DNA from: an uncultured Ruminococcus sp.
Lineage (GTDB): Bacteria > Bacillota > Clostridia > Oscillospirales > CAG-272
NCBI GenBank assembly: GCA_964624685.1
Contig: CAZUYA010000005.1
Span: 1-54,558, forward strand
Direction of reading: 5' to 3'
Length of the DNA: 54,558 nt
Translations under genes and position numbers: made by a program
In this document: positions 25,043 to 33,536 of the stretch, in pieces
Layout of the letters: each line of letters starts with the position of its first letter
Position numbering within the stretch: the first letter of the stretch is position 1
The notes under the pieces: model-generated
Databases searched by the model: none
Seen by the model: only the letters and a program-made list of their open reading frames with translations
Told to the model about the DNA's origin: nothing

Positions 25043-26461
25043 ATGCAACTGTTACAGACCGAGTGGAAACGAAAATTTTCCATGTCGTTTTATAAAAATC
25101 TCAAACTGAAATTGTTTGACATGTCATTTGATAAAGATTTTGTTACCGGAACAGGCGGGGATTTGTACCCTGTAACGAGCAGATCGGAGGATTGTTCGGA
25201 AAGCGTAAAAAACGGAGTTTACCGATTGTCGGGTGGGCATGTCCAAAGAATGATAGGTCAATTTTTTCCGTATGCGACTTATGAATTGAAAGCCGATGTA
25301 ACGGACGGAATGGCAGGATTTTGTTTCTGCTTACCGTCTTGCACAGCGGTTTTACAAATGCAAAACGATCTGCTTTGTTATGCTTGCGGTGATTTGCATC
25401 AAACGATTGCTTTGCCTGCCGATTCGACATCCGAGCGAACATTGATCGTCAGTTGCCGTCCGGGTGCATTTGATGTGTATATCGGATGTGAGGGTCGGAC
25501 GAGCTTTTTTCGTACTTTTGAGGAAGCGGAGTTTCAAAATTCTAATGAATATTATACTTTTATCAACGGCAAAGTCTTGTTGTCAGCTTCCGGTAACGTA
25601 ACGGTCAAACAGGTTTTGTCCTATATGGATAACGGAATTTCCGTGGCTGATCTGCGCTCGATTCGGTATGAAAACGGTGATGTCATGTTTGAAAACGGGT
25701 GCGTCTATTTAACCGCCTCCGTTCGTATGCAGCAAAACGCGTTTCAAGGTGTGTTTTCATGGATTCTGGGAACTGCCGAGTTTACGTTGAGCGGTGCTTT
25801 GTTTTATGACAGCGGAGACGGAAGATGGTGCGGAGATGTTGCCGCCTCGATTTTGTACCACAGGACACAACGGCAGTGGTATCTTTGGGTATGTTCCTTT
25901 TCACACGGTCATATTTTGGGACATTCCGTGTTTGACGGGGATCCGCGATTCGGTGTCAATGTGATCGACATCGAATTGATGAAACCGTCGGGATCAACAT
26001 CGATCACATCCTTCTCCGCTTTGGAAGGGGATGAGGATCCGGATTTCTTTTACGATGAGGAAAATGACCGTTGGTTAATGGCGATTTGCAGAGTGGATCC
26101 CCTTATAAAGGATTATCGGTATGTATTTTTTGAATCGAAACATCCGTTTGACGGCTATCGTTGTATCGGACAAGGAGAGGATGGTGCCGAGACGGGAGGT
26201 TCGTTTGTGCGGATAGACGGTAAATTGTTCTTTCTATGCGGAAACGATTATCATGCTGTTTCCGATTACCGCATCTATCACAAGGACGGCATGACATCGG
26301 CTCTTTTTGATTATCCGGACGGCGGATTCAGAGGATGGGGAACGTTGTTGCCGATCAAAATGGGAAGCCGTATTCGATATTTTTGGTTGACTTTTGATCG
26401 TCATAACGGCAGTGATTATCGTTGGAGTTACGGAAATCTGTATTGTTTTGAAGCACCGTAA
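25043..26461 (+). CDS. Hypothetical protein (472 aa), possibly a beta-propeller/glycosidase-like fold
   Basis: Cytoplasmic and W/Y/G/D-rich in its C-terminal half, with no motif I can name. It starts 16 nt after the fusion gene and GGAG lies 7 nt upstream. Confidence 0.4.
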   Translation: MQLLQTEWKRKFSMSFYKNLKLKLFDMSFDKDFVTGTGGDLYPVTSRSEDCSESVKNGVYRLSGGHVQRMIGQFFPYATYELKADVTDGMAGFCFCLPSCTAVLQMQNDLLCYACGDLHQTIALPADSTSERTLIVSCRPGAFDVYIGCEGRTSFFRTFEEAEFQNSNEYYTFINGKVLLSASGNVTVKQVLSYMDNGISVADLRSIRYENGDVMFENGCVYLTASVRMQQNAFQGVFSWILGTAEFTLSGALFYDSGDGRWCGDVAASILYHRTQRQWYLWVCSFSHGHILGHSVFDGDPRFGVNVIDIELMKPSGSTSITSFSALEGDEDPDFFYDEENDRWLMAICRVDPLIKDYRYVFFESKHPFDGYRCIGQGEDGAETGGSFVRIDGKLFFLCGNDYHAVSDYRIYHKDGMTSALFDYPDGGFRGWGTLLPIKMGSRIRYFWLTFDRHNGSDYRWSYGNLYCFEAP

Positions 26462-26465
26462 ATGT

Positions 26466-26513
26466 AAAAAACCGGTGGGCGATTCATCGCAAGATGAATC
26501 GCCCACCGGTTTT
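26466..26513. terminator. Bidirectional rho-independent terminator
   Basis: AAAAACCGGTGGGCGATTCATC, loop GCAA, GATGAATCGCCCACCGGTTTT. Confidence 0.9.
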
Positions 26514-26537
26514 GTATCGTTTTTTACAAAGATCGGT

Positions 26538-27278
26538 TTATTCGGCAGTCTGTGTCTCATCGGAATCGTCGTCAAACCGACCGATACCGATCAGAGAATC
26601 AACGGGGAGAGAGAATAGTACGGCACTGCCGTCTGTTTTCAAACCGGCACAATCACGGATGGCTTCCATAATTTTTTGTTTGTACTCATGCGATGTCAAA
26701 AAAGCAATGGTATCGGTCTCTTGCTTTAATGTCGTTCCGAGTTTTTGCTCTGCCTGTTTGTTGTTGAGGCTACGGGTATGTAGGATGGTTGCACCTGTGG
26801 CACCTGCCGCACGGCTGCAATCCAATACGGCATCGGTGAATTTTTGATTGACCACCGCAACAATGAGTTCGTGCATTTGACGGTTCTCCTTATCTTTACT
26901 GTTTTTTTGTGCGTCGGCAACATCCTCGCGACGCGGAGTGGAAAGAACGGCACTGGAAATGATGCTGGAAATACCGGATAGCGGGACAGTGAATGCAATC
27001 CCGTTCCCCATCAGATAGAGTTTCAGTTTTTTGTTGATCGCACGCAGTACGCGAGTTTCGCAATCGCTCGGAACTAGGGAGTAGACGATCCGTTTTTCAA
27101 TCTCGTCCAAACCGAGATAACTCATGTAGTGTGATTTTGCGGTACCGTAACCGATTCCCGTAAAGCTCAATGCCGTGCAACATTCGTTGCATGCATCGGT
27201 CAAGGCGATCTCATCTCCTTTTTTGATGATGCAGAACAAGAGCTTTACACGTCTGTCAGCGGAAGGTTTTTTTGCCAT
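26538..27278 (-). CDS. Tandem P-II-like (GlnB-fold) protein
   Basis: Two ~100-aa halves each follow the PII pattern. The second reads ELIVAVVNQKFTDAVLDCSRAAGATGATIL...GSAVLFSLPVDSLIGI. The start lies 1 nt after the DUF1538 stop. Confidence 0.6.
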   Translation of the reverse strand: MAKKPSADRRVKLLFCIIKKGDEIALTDACNECCTALSFTGIGYGTAKSHYMSYLGLDEIEKRIVYSLVPSDCETRVLRAINKKLKLYLMGNGIAFTVPLSGISSIISSAVLSTPRREDVADAQKNSKDKENRQMHELIVAVVNQKFTDAVLDCSRAAGATGATILHTRSLNNKQAEQKLGTTLKQETDTIAFLTSHEYKQKIMEAIRDCAGLKTDGSAVLFSLPVDSLIGIGRFDDDSDETQTAE

Positions 27279-27279
27279 A

Positions 27280-28803
27280 TCAAGTTACCTCAGCGTATTG
27301 CTCGGTATAGTCGATGAATGTTTCCTGTTCGGAGATAAACCGACTGACCGCTTTTTTAGATTTGAGATTATAGATCAATCCGCAGATTTGAATGGAGATG
27401 ATCGGCGTCAAGGCGACGAACGCCACACAACCGAATGCCTGTGTCATGACATTGCTTCCCAACGTGGTACAAGCACCGCAAGCGAGGGGAAGGACAAACG
27501 CACTCATCATGGCACCGCTGGCAACGCCGCCGGAGTCAAACGCGATGCCGATGAAAAATTTTGGTACAAAGAAGGTCAGTCCCAATGCAATGATGTATCC
27601 GGGAATCAAGATCCACAGAACGGAAATCCCGGTAATGACGCGCAACATGGAAAGTCCCAGTGCCGCCGAAACACCGATGGAAAGTGCCAAGCGCATGGTG
27701 CCGGCTGAAATGGCTCCGGCGGTGATCTGCTCGACTTGCTTGTTCAGGACGTAAACGGCTGGCTCGGCATTGACGATAAAATATCCCATCAACATGCCGA
27801 TCGGAATCAAGAGCCAACCGCCGGCAATGCCTGCCAAAGATTCGCCAAGCTCCCGTCCTGCCGGTAAAAATCCCTCATTGGCACCGGTCAAAAAGACGAC
27901 CAATCCGACAAATGTGTAAAGGAGACCGATTCCGACGCGCAAGAGTTTGCGTGCGGTAAAGGCGCGGGTGAACAGTTGAAAGAGCAGCGCAAAGGCAATG
28001 ATGGGCAACAAGGCAACGGCAATCTCTTTTGCATGATCGGCAAATCCGATCAAATAGTGTTCGCTCAAGTTGCGCGTGGTTTCAACTGCGATGGTTTGAT
28101 CCGGGATGTATTCCAGATTTTTGATAGAGAAGCAGATTCCGAGGATCATGACGGAAAGGATCGGTCCGACACTGCAAAGAGAAACCAGACCGAAGGCATC
28201 GTCGTGTCCGTCTTCTCCGGATCGAATGCTGGAAACGCCGGTACCGATTGCCATGATGAACGGAACCGTCATCGGTCCTGTCGTGACTCCGCCGGAATCG
28301 AATGCCAATGCCCAAAAATCGGGTGAAACGAAGAAGCATAACCCGAAGGCAAGCACATAGAAGCCGATCAGAAGCCAGGAAAGACTGATCCCAAAAACGA
28401 TTCTCAACATTGCAATGACGAGAAACAGTCCGACACCGACCGAAATGATCAGAATCAACAATGTATTCGGAACCGAGGAAACTTGTTCGGCAAGAATCTG
28501 AAGGTCGGGTTCCGATATGGTCACCAAAACGCCGATGATAAAGCTGATAAACGCAATCAGCCAGATTTTACCGGATTTTGCAAGATAGGTTCCGATCTTT
28601 GCACCGATGGTTTGCATAGACATTTCCGCGCCCATGGTGAACATGGAGAGTCCGAATACCAGACAGACGACACCGAAGAGGAAGAGTAAAAAGGTACCGG
28701 GTTCCATGGGTGTCAGTGTGACTGCCAGAACAGCAACGATGAGTGCGATCGGAAGGATCGAATGAAGCGATTCCGACAGTTTGGATTTGATTAAATTTCC
28801 CAA
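27280..28803 (-). CDS. DUF1538-family integral membrane protein (duplicated, 507 aa)
   Basis: A polytopic protein with two homologous halves (…FDSGGVTTGPMTVPF… and …FDSGGVASGAMMSAF…). It has a TTG start with AAAGGA upstream. Confidence 0.65.
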   Translation of the reverse strand: MGNLIKSKLSESLHSILPIALIVAVLAVTLTPMEPGTFLLFLFGVVCLVFGLSMFTMGAEMSMQTIGAKIGTYLAKSGKIWLIAFISFIIGVLVTISEPDLQILAEQVSSVPNTLLILIISVGVGLFLVIAMLRIVFGISLSWLLIGFYVLAFGLCFFVSPDFWALAFDSGGVTTGPMTVPFIMAIGTGVSSIRSGEDGHDDAFGLVSLCSVGPILSVMILGICFSIKNLEYIPDQTIAVETTRNLSEHYLIGFADHAKEIAVALLPIIAFALLFQLFTRAFTARKLLRVGIGLLYTFVGLVVFLTGANEGFLPAGRELGESLAGIAGGWLLIPIGMLMGYFIVNAEPAVYVLNKQVEQITAGAISAGTMRLALSIGVSAALGLSMLRVITGISVLWILIPGYIIALGLTFFVPKFFIGIAFDSGGVASGAMMSAFVLPLACGACTTLGSNVMTQAFGCVAFVALTPIISIQICGLIYNLKSKKAVSRFISEQETFIDYTEQYAEVT

Positions 28804-28852
28804 TAGAGTGTTGTTCCTTTCTTTGATTTTTGAAAAAATAATTCCACCTATT

Positions 28853-28881
28853 ATTATAGCAAAAGCTTTTTTGAATTACAA
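28853..28881 (-). promoter_or_regulatory. Candidate promoter for the DUF1538/PII operon
   Basis: On the minus strand: TTGTAA, 17 nt, TGC-TATAAT. Confidence 0.5.
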
Positions 28882-29054
28882 GAGCTTTTTTGATTTTTTT
28901 ACAAATTTAATTTTCACGGCGCGGTTGCAATACAAAAGTGTAATTGTTCATAATTTTCATATAAGTTTAATATTTTGTTTATAGACTTTGAGTTTGTTTT
29001 GCGGTATAATGATGGCGTAATCAAATCGAATAAACAAAAAGGAAAGGACAGAAC

Positions 29055-30173
29055 ATGGAGTTTATCGAATTTTTGTATCAGAACATCCTGTATTTGTTTC
29101 AGGAAGACAACTGGAAACTGATGGTGATGTGGCTCATCGGAGGCGTCTTGATCTATCTTGCCATCAAAAAAGGAATGGAGCCGACGTTGCTGTTACCCAT
29201 GGGGTTTGGCGCGATTTTGGTTAATCTTCCGTTTGCCGATGCAGCTGCCGAAGAAGGAGCGTTGACAACTTTGTACAATGCGGGAATTGCCAATGAGTTG
29301 TTTCCGCTGTTGCTGTTTATCGGAATCGGTGCGATGATTGATTTCGGACCGGTGCTTTCCAATCCCAAATTGATGTTGTTCGGCGCGGCAGCGCAATTCG
29401 GTATTTTCATCACACTGTGCATTGCTTCCGTGTTTTTTGATATTCATGATGCGGCATCCATAGCCATTATCGGAGCGGCTGACGGACCTACCGCCATTTC
29501 GGTTGCGCAAAAGTTGCACTCAAATTATGAGGGGGCAATCATGGTAGCGGCATATTCTTACATGGCATTGGTTCCCATCATTCAGCCGCCGGTCATCAAA
29601 CTTTTAACAACCAAAAAGGAACGTCTGATTCGGATGCCTTACGAGCCGCGGGAAGTTTCCAAAACAACTCGGATCCTGTTTCCCATCATCATTACCGTAA
29701 TTGCCGGATTGGTGGCACCCTCGGCAGTGTCCTTGGTCGGATTTTTGATGTTCGGCAATTTGATCCGTGAGTGCGGCGTGTTGAATTCCTTGTCCGATAC
29801 CGCGCAAAATGTATTGGCAAATCTCATTACCATCTTCCTCGGCATTTCCATTGCAACACGAATGACTGCCGATCAGTTCTTAAAAAAGGAAACTTTGTTG
29901 ATTTTGGGATTGGGGTTGTTTGCGTTTGTTTTCGATACGGCTGGCGGTGTCTTGTTTGCCAAGTTGTTAAATTTGTTTTCCAAAAAGAAAGTCAATCCCA
30001 TGATTGGCGCGGCGGGAATCTCAGCCTTTCCCATGTCGGGGCGTATTGTTCATAAGATGGGGTTGCAAGAAGATCCGCAAAACTTTCTTTTGATGCATTC
30101 GATCGGCGTCAATGTGTCCGGGCAGATTGCATCGGTCATTGCCGGCGGATTGATTTTGGAAATGTTTTTATAA
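29055..30173 (+). CDS. oadB: Na+-translocating decarboxylase beta subunit (OadB/GcdB/MmdB family)
   Basis: A 372-aa polytopic protein with typical OadB segments: EPTLLLPMGFGAILVN, LFIGIGAMIDFGP, GAADGPT. Confidence 0.8.
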   Translation: MEFIEFLYQNILYLFQEDNWKLMVMWLIGGVLIYLAIKKGMEPTLLLPMGFGAILVNLPFADAAAEEGALTTLYNAGIANELFPLLLFIGIGAMIDFGPVLSNPKLMLFGAAAQFGIFITLCIASVFFDIHDAASIAIIGAADGPTAISVAQKLHSNYEGAIMVAAYSYMALVPIIQPPVIKLLTTKKERLIRMPYEPREVSKTTRILFPIIITVIAGLVAPSAVSLVGFLMFGNLIRECGVLNSLSDTAQNVLANLITIFLGISIATRMTADQFLKKETLLILGLGLFAFVFDTAGGVLFAKLLNLFSKKKVNPMIGAAGISAFPMSGRIVHKMGLQEDPQNFLLMHSIGVNVSGQIASVIAGGLILEMFL

Positions 30174-30174
30174 G

Positions 30175-30444
30175 ATGGGAGGAAATGCGGGAATGCCGAA
30201 TACTGATTTTGAAGTTGCTTTGATGGCTGTACAGGAAGCGGATACGGAAACGAGTGCCGAGATTGAAGAAAGTTCCGGCTTGAAGTTTGAACCGAATGAA
30301 TTTATCAACAGTTTGCAATATATGGGAAAAGGTATGTTGGGGATTTTGATCGTTATGAGTGCGATCATTCTTGTAACAATGCTTCTCAATCGTTTGACTT
30401 CATCCAAAAAAGAGTCCGAACAGGACGATGCTCCAAAAAATTGA
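30175..30444 (+). CDS. OadG-like small membrane subunit (start may be ATG 30193)
   Basis: A single TM segment, GKGMLGILIVMSAIILVTMLLNRL, resembles the OAD_gamma family. It lies immediately after oadB. GGAGG lies 10 nt before ATG 30193. Confidence 0.5.
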   Translation: MGGNAGMPNTDFEVALMAVQEADTETSAEIEESSGLKFEPNEFINSLQYMGKGMLGILIVMSAIILVTMLLNRLTSSKKESEQDDAPKN

Positions 30445-30452
30445 ATGGATCG

Positions 30453-30502
30453 ATTCGCTTGTGTATGGGTGGCTTTTAACCTTTGCACAAGCGAATATTT
30501 TT
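30453..30502 (+). terminator. Rho-independent terminator
   Basis: ATTCGCTTGTG, 22-nt loop, CACAAGCGAAT, then ATTTTT. Confidence 0.6.
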
Positions 30503-30596
30503 GATATTCATATGAAAAATTTACAGAATATTGAAGATGTTTCAAACGGGATATGATAAAATAAGACGAATGACTGAAGAAAAGGATGGTTGTACT

Positions 30597-31691
30597 ATGA
30601 AAAAGAAATTTTTTCGTGGTTTGATAGTACTCTTGTGTTGCTGTATGTTGCCGATTCTTTCCGCTTGTTCCGATTCGTCCAACGGAGAATCCGCACCTTC
30701 CGGAATGCAGTTGGCGGTTTGTCAGGGGGCTGATTTTCGGTTGTATATTCCGACGCACTGGAGTGTCAATACGGGGTATGGCGTTTCCGGAGGGTACTAC
30801 AGCTTGGGACGGCAGTCAACGGTCAGTGTGGCAAAATATGAGGTGACCGATGAGATGGAATCCTCTTTGCCGTCGACTGATTCCGATGATGCGGTTCAAG
30901 CACGTGCCGATTGGTTCTATGACCAAAAACTGGAACCGCAAACCGAATTGCTTGCAACAGGTGGTGTGACGACTTATTCGGAAAATCAAATTGCGGTGCT
31001 GTTGGATGGTGTCAATGCACGGCAATATCACGTTTCAGCCACGGTGGATGGAGAAAAGATTCATTTTGTTTATGTGGTGGGAGAACGGGATCGGGCGTTC
31101 TATGTCCTTTCCTTTCTTGTTACGAACGATTTGTATGAGGCTTTGTTGGACGATTATTTGAACATGTTATCGGCTTTTCGCTTTGCAACGCCATACGAGG
31201 CAATGGGAGAAGAGAAACAATTGGAGGATGCCGCCGGCGGTGCGCCGGACGGAATGAAGATCGCATCCAACAGCGATGTGGCGTATCTGTTTTATGTACC
31301 GGAGGATTGGCAGGTGAATGTACGGGAAGAAATTTTTGCGGCATATACTGCCGATCGTTCTGTTGTCAGTATTGTGCCTTATATGCCCGGTAGCGGTGAG
31401 GCGATGAATATTCCGGAATATTTTGAATGGAATGCCGATCAGATGCGGAAAACATCACCCGACGGATTTGAATTGCTGAATGAAGACGGGGAGCTCGGAA
31501 TGCTGGGCGGATCGGCTGCCATGCGATATGAATATCTTTATACCGTTGGCGGTGTGCAATACCGTTATCTGCAAGTGATTACTGCCTATCGCGGCATGTT
31601 TTATAATTTGACTTATGCGGCGTTGCCGCAAAATTATCAGGCGCATCTCGATGACGTGAATGCAATCATTGAGGCATTTTCGTTTCGATGA
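30597..31691 (+). CDS. Lipoprotein with two tandem homologous domains
   Basis: Signal peptide and lipobox MKKKFFRGLIVLLCCCMLPILSAC. The internal duplication shows as FRLYIPTHWSVN against YLFYVPEDWQVN. The start is re-called to ATG 30597. Confidence 0.65.
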   Translation: MKKKFFRGLIVLLCCCMLPILSACSDSSNGESAPSGMQLAVCQGADFRLYIPTHWSVNTGYGVSGGYYSLGRQSTVSVAKYEVTDEMESSLPSTDSDDAVQARADWFYDQKLEPQTELLATGGVTTYSENQIAVLLDGVNARQYHVSATVDGEKIHFVYVVGERDRAFYVLSFLVTNDLYEALLDDYLNMLSAFRFATPYEAMGEEKQLEDAAGGAPDGMKIASNSDVAYLFYVPEDWQVNVREEIFAAYTADRSVVSIVPYMPGSGEAMNIPEYFEWNADQMRKTSPDGFELLNEDGELGMLGGSAAMRYEYLYTVGGVQYRYLQVITAYRGMFYNLTYAALPQNYQAHLDDVNAIIEAFSFR

Positions 31692-31703
31692 ATCGGAGGT
31701 CGC

Positions 31704-32873
31704 ATGAGAGAAATTTATCTGGACAACAGTGCAACGACCGCACTTTGCGATTCAGCGAAAGAACAGATTCGGTTGGCGATGGAATTGTACGGTAACCCGT
31801 CCTCCCTGCATCCGGCAGGGCAAGCGGCACGTGCCGCCGTGGAGGAGGCAAGGCGGAAGATTGCCACGACGCTCGGTGTTCGTTTCACACCGACAGCCGG
31901 GCGGTTGATCTTTACTTCCTGCGGCAGTGAGGCAGATAATCTTGCCGTGTTGGGGACGGCGTTTGCAAAGGAACGGCGAAGAGGCGGAAGGATCATTACA
32001 ACGGATTCCGAACATCCGGGCGTTGAAAACGCCATGCGCCTGTTGGAGCAAAACGGATTTGAAGTGATCCGGATTTCCACACGCAACGGGATATTGGATT
32101 GGGACCAATATCAAACCGCGTTGAATAACAAACCTTTTTTGGTTTCCATCATGATGGTCAACAATGAGACAGGCGCACTGTATGATGTCAAACGTGCTTT
32201 TGCCATGGCGAAAGCCGAAAACCCGGATATTGTAACACATACGGATGCGGTACAGGGGTATCTCAAATGTCGGTTTTCTCCGATGGCTTTGCAAGCCGAT
32301 TTGGTCAGTATCAGCGGACATAAGATTCACGCGCCGAAAGGAGTCGGTGCGTTGTATGTGTCTCCCGATGCGATCCGCCGTCGGGACATCGTTCCCACTG
32401 TTTTCGGGGGCGGTCAGGAAGGCGGACTCCGTTCCGGAACCGAAAATGTAATCGGAATTCTTGCTTTTGCGGCGGCGGCAGAGGAAGGATTTACACATCT
32501 GTCGGACGATTTGGCGCAAATGTGTGCATTACGCGAATATGCCGAGGCGCGTCTGTCCGAGCTTCCCGTTCGGTTGCATTTGCCGTCGGGAGAACGTGCC
32601 CCGCATATTCTGAATTTTGCGTTACCCGATATTAAAAGTGAGACGATGTTGCATGCACTGTCACAAAGCGGTATTTGCACGTCGGCGGGATCGGCATGCT
32701 CGACGCATTCCAAGGCGGTTAGCCGTGCATTGCTCGCGTTCGGTGTTTCGGAACGGGAGGCAGAATGTTCCCTGCGGATCAGTTTGAGCCGCTATAATAC
32801 CCGTGAGGACATCGATGCTTTGTCCGAGGCACTGCGTTCGGCGTGTGAACGGTTGGTTAAAATTCATCGTTAA
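31704..32873 (+). CDS. Cysteine desulfurase (NifS/IscS class V aminotransferase)
   Basis: PLP lysine in ISGHKIHAPKGVGALYV and catalytic Cys in TSAGSACS. Confidence 0.9.
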   Translation: MREIYLDNSATTALCDSAKEQIRLAMELYGNPSSLHPAGQAARAAVEEARRKIATTLGVRFTPTAGRLIFTSCGSEADNLAVLGTAFAKERRRGGRIITTDSEHPGVENAMRLLEQNGFEVIRISTRNGILDWDQYQTALNNKPFLVSIMMVNNETGALYDVKRAFAMAKAENPDIVTHTDAVQGYLKCRFSPMALQADLVSISGHKIHAPKGVGALYVSPDAIRRRDIVPTVFGGGQEGGLRSGTENVIGILAFAAAAEEGFTHLSDDLAQMCALREYAEARLSELPVRLHLPSGERAPHILNFALPDIKSETMLHALSQSGICTSAGSACSTHSKAVSRALLAFGVSEREAECSLRISLSRYNTREDIDALSEALRSACERLVKIHR

Positions 32874-32877
32874 AATG

Positions 32878-32925
32878 AAAAAACGAAGAAACAGATCCGT
32901 AAAAGGGGACATTTCTTCGTTTTTT
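32878..32925 (+). terminator. Rho-independent terminator
   Basis: AAAAAACGAAGAAA, 20-nt loop, TTTCTTCGTTTTTT. Confidence 0.7.
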
Positions 32926-32995
32926 CATTATAATCGTTCAGCTTTTTCGGATGGTTTGAAGTTACGGAAAAGACAAAGGCTGTGACCGTCCCACA

Positions 32996-33478
32996 TTATC
33001 TTTTTTCAAAACCGTGTACAAATCCGGTCACATCGGCTGAACAGATGTCTCCGCCGATGACACGGTTGCGGTAGACCAACACATTTGCATAGACCGTTCC
33101 GTCATAGCCCGGATAATCGGTGATTCCGAATGTATAGCGTGTCACGTCTTTGTTTTTGTATTTGGTCAAATTCAATCCTTGCTCTTTTTGAATTTCATTA
33201 TATGCTGAAAATACTTTGTCGAATTCCGACGGGATGGTGACGGTTTTGACCTCTATGGGGGTGGTGTTGACGTTCCAACCGAATTGTGTCAAAAAATTTG
33301 CCGCATCTTCGGCACTCTTGATTTTGTCGTAAGAATACCGAACGTCGGCATCGGCATCTGTGGCTCCGGAAACGGCATAGGTGGGGACAAATGCGATGAG
33401 TGTGATGAGAACTGTGAGCGCGACGCAAATAACGCCCACCAATTTAATGGTACTTGCACGCATGGAATAAATAAACAT
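32996..33478 (-). CDS. DUF4830-like membrane-anchored protein
   Basis: N-terminal TM followed by FLTQFGWNV...IPSEFDKVFSAYNEIQKEQGLNL...IGGDICS. GGGAGG lies 7 nt upstream. The family call is from memory. Confidence 0.55.
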   Translation of the reverse strand: MFIYSMRASTIKLVGVICVALTVLITLIAFVPTYAVSGATDADADVRYSYDKIKSAEDAANFLTQFGWNVNTTPIEVKTVTIPSEFDKVFSAYNEIQKEQGLNLTKYKNKDVTRYTFGITDYPGYDGTVYANVLVYRNRVIGGDICSADVTGFVHGFEKR

Positions 33479-33536
33479 AAATGTGCCTCCCGATGTTCAA
33501 ATGGTTTTGTTAAAACATATGAACGGGAGGCACTTT

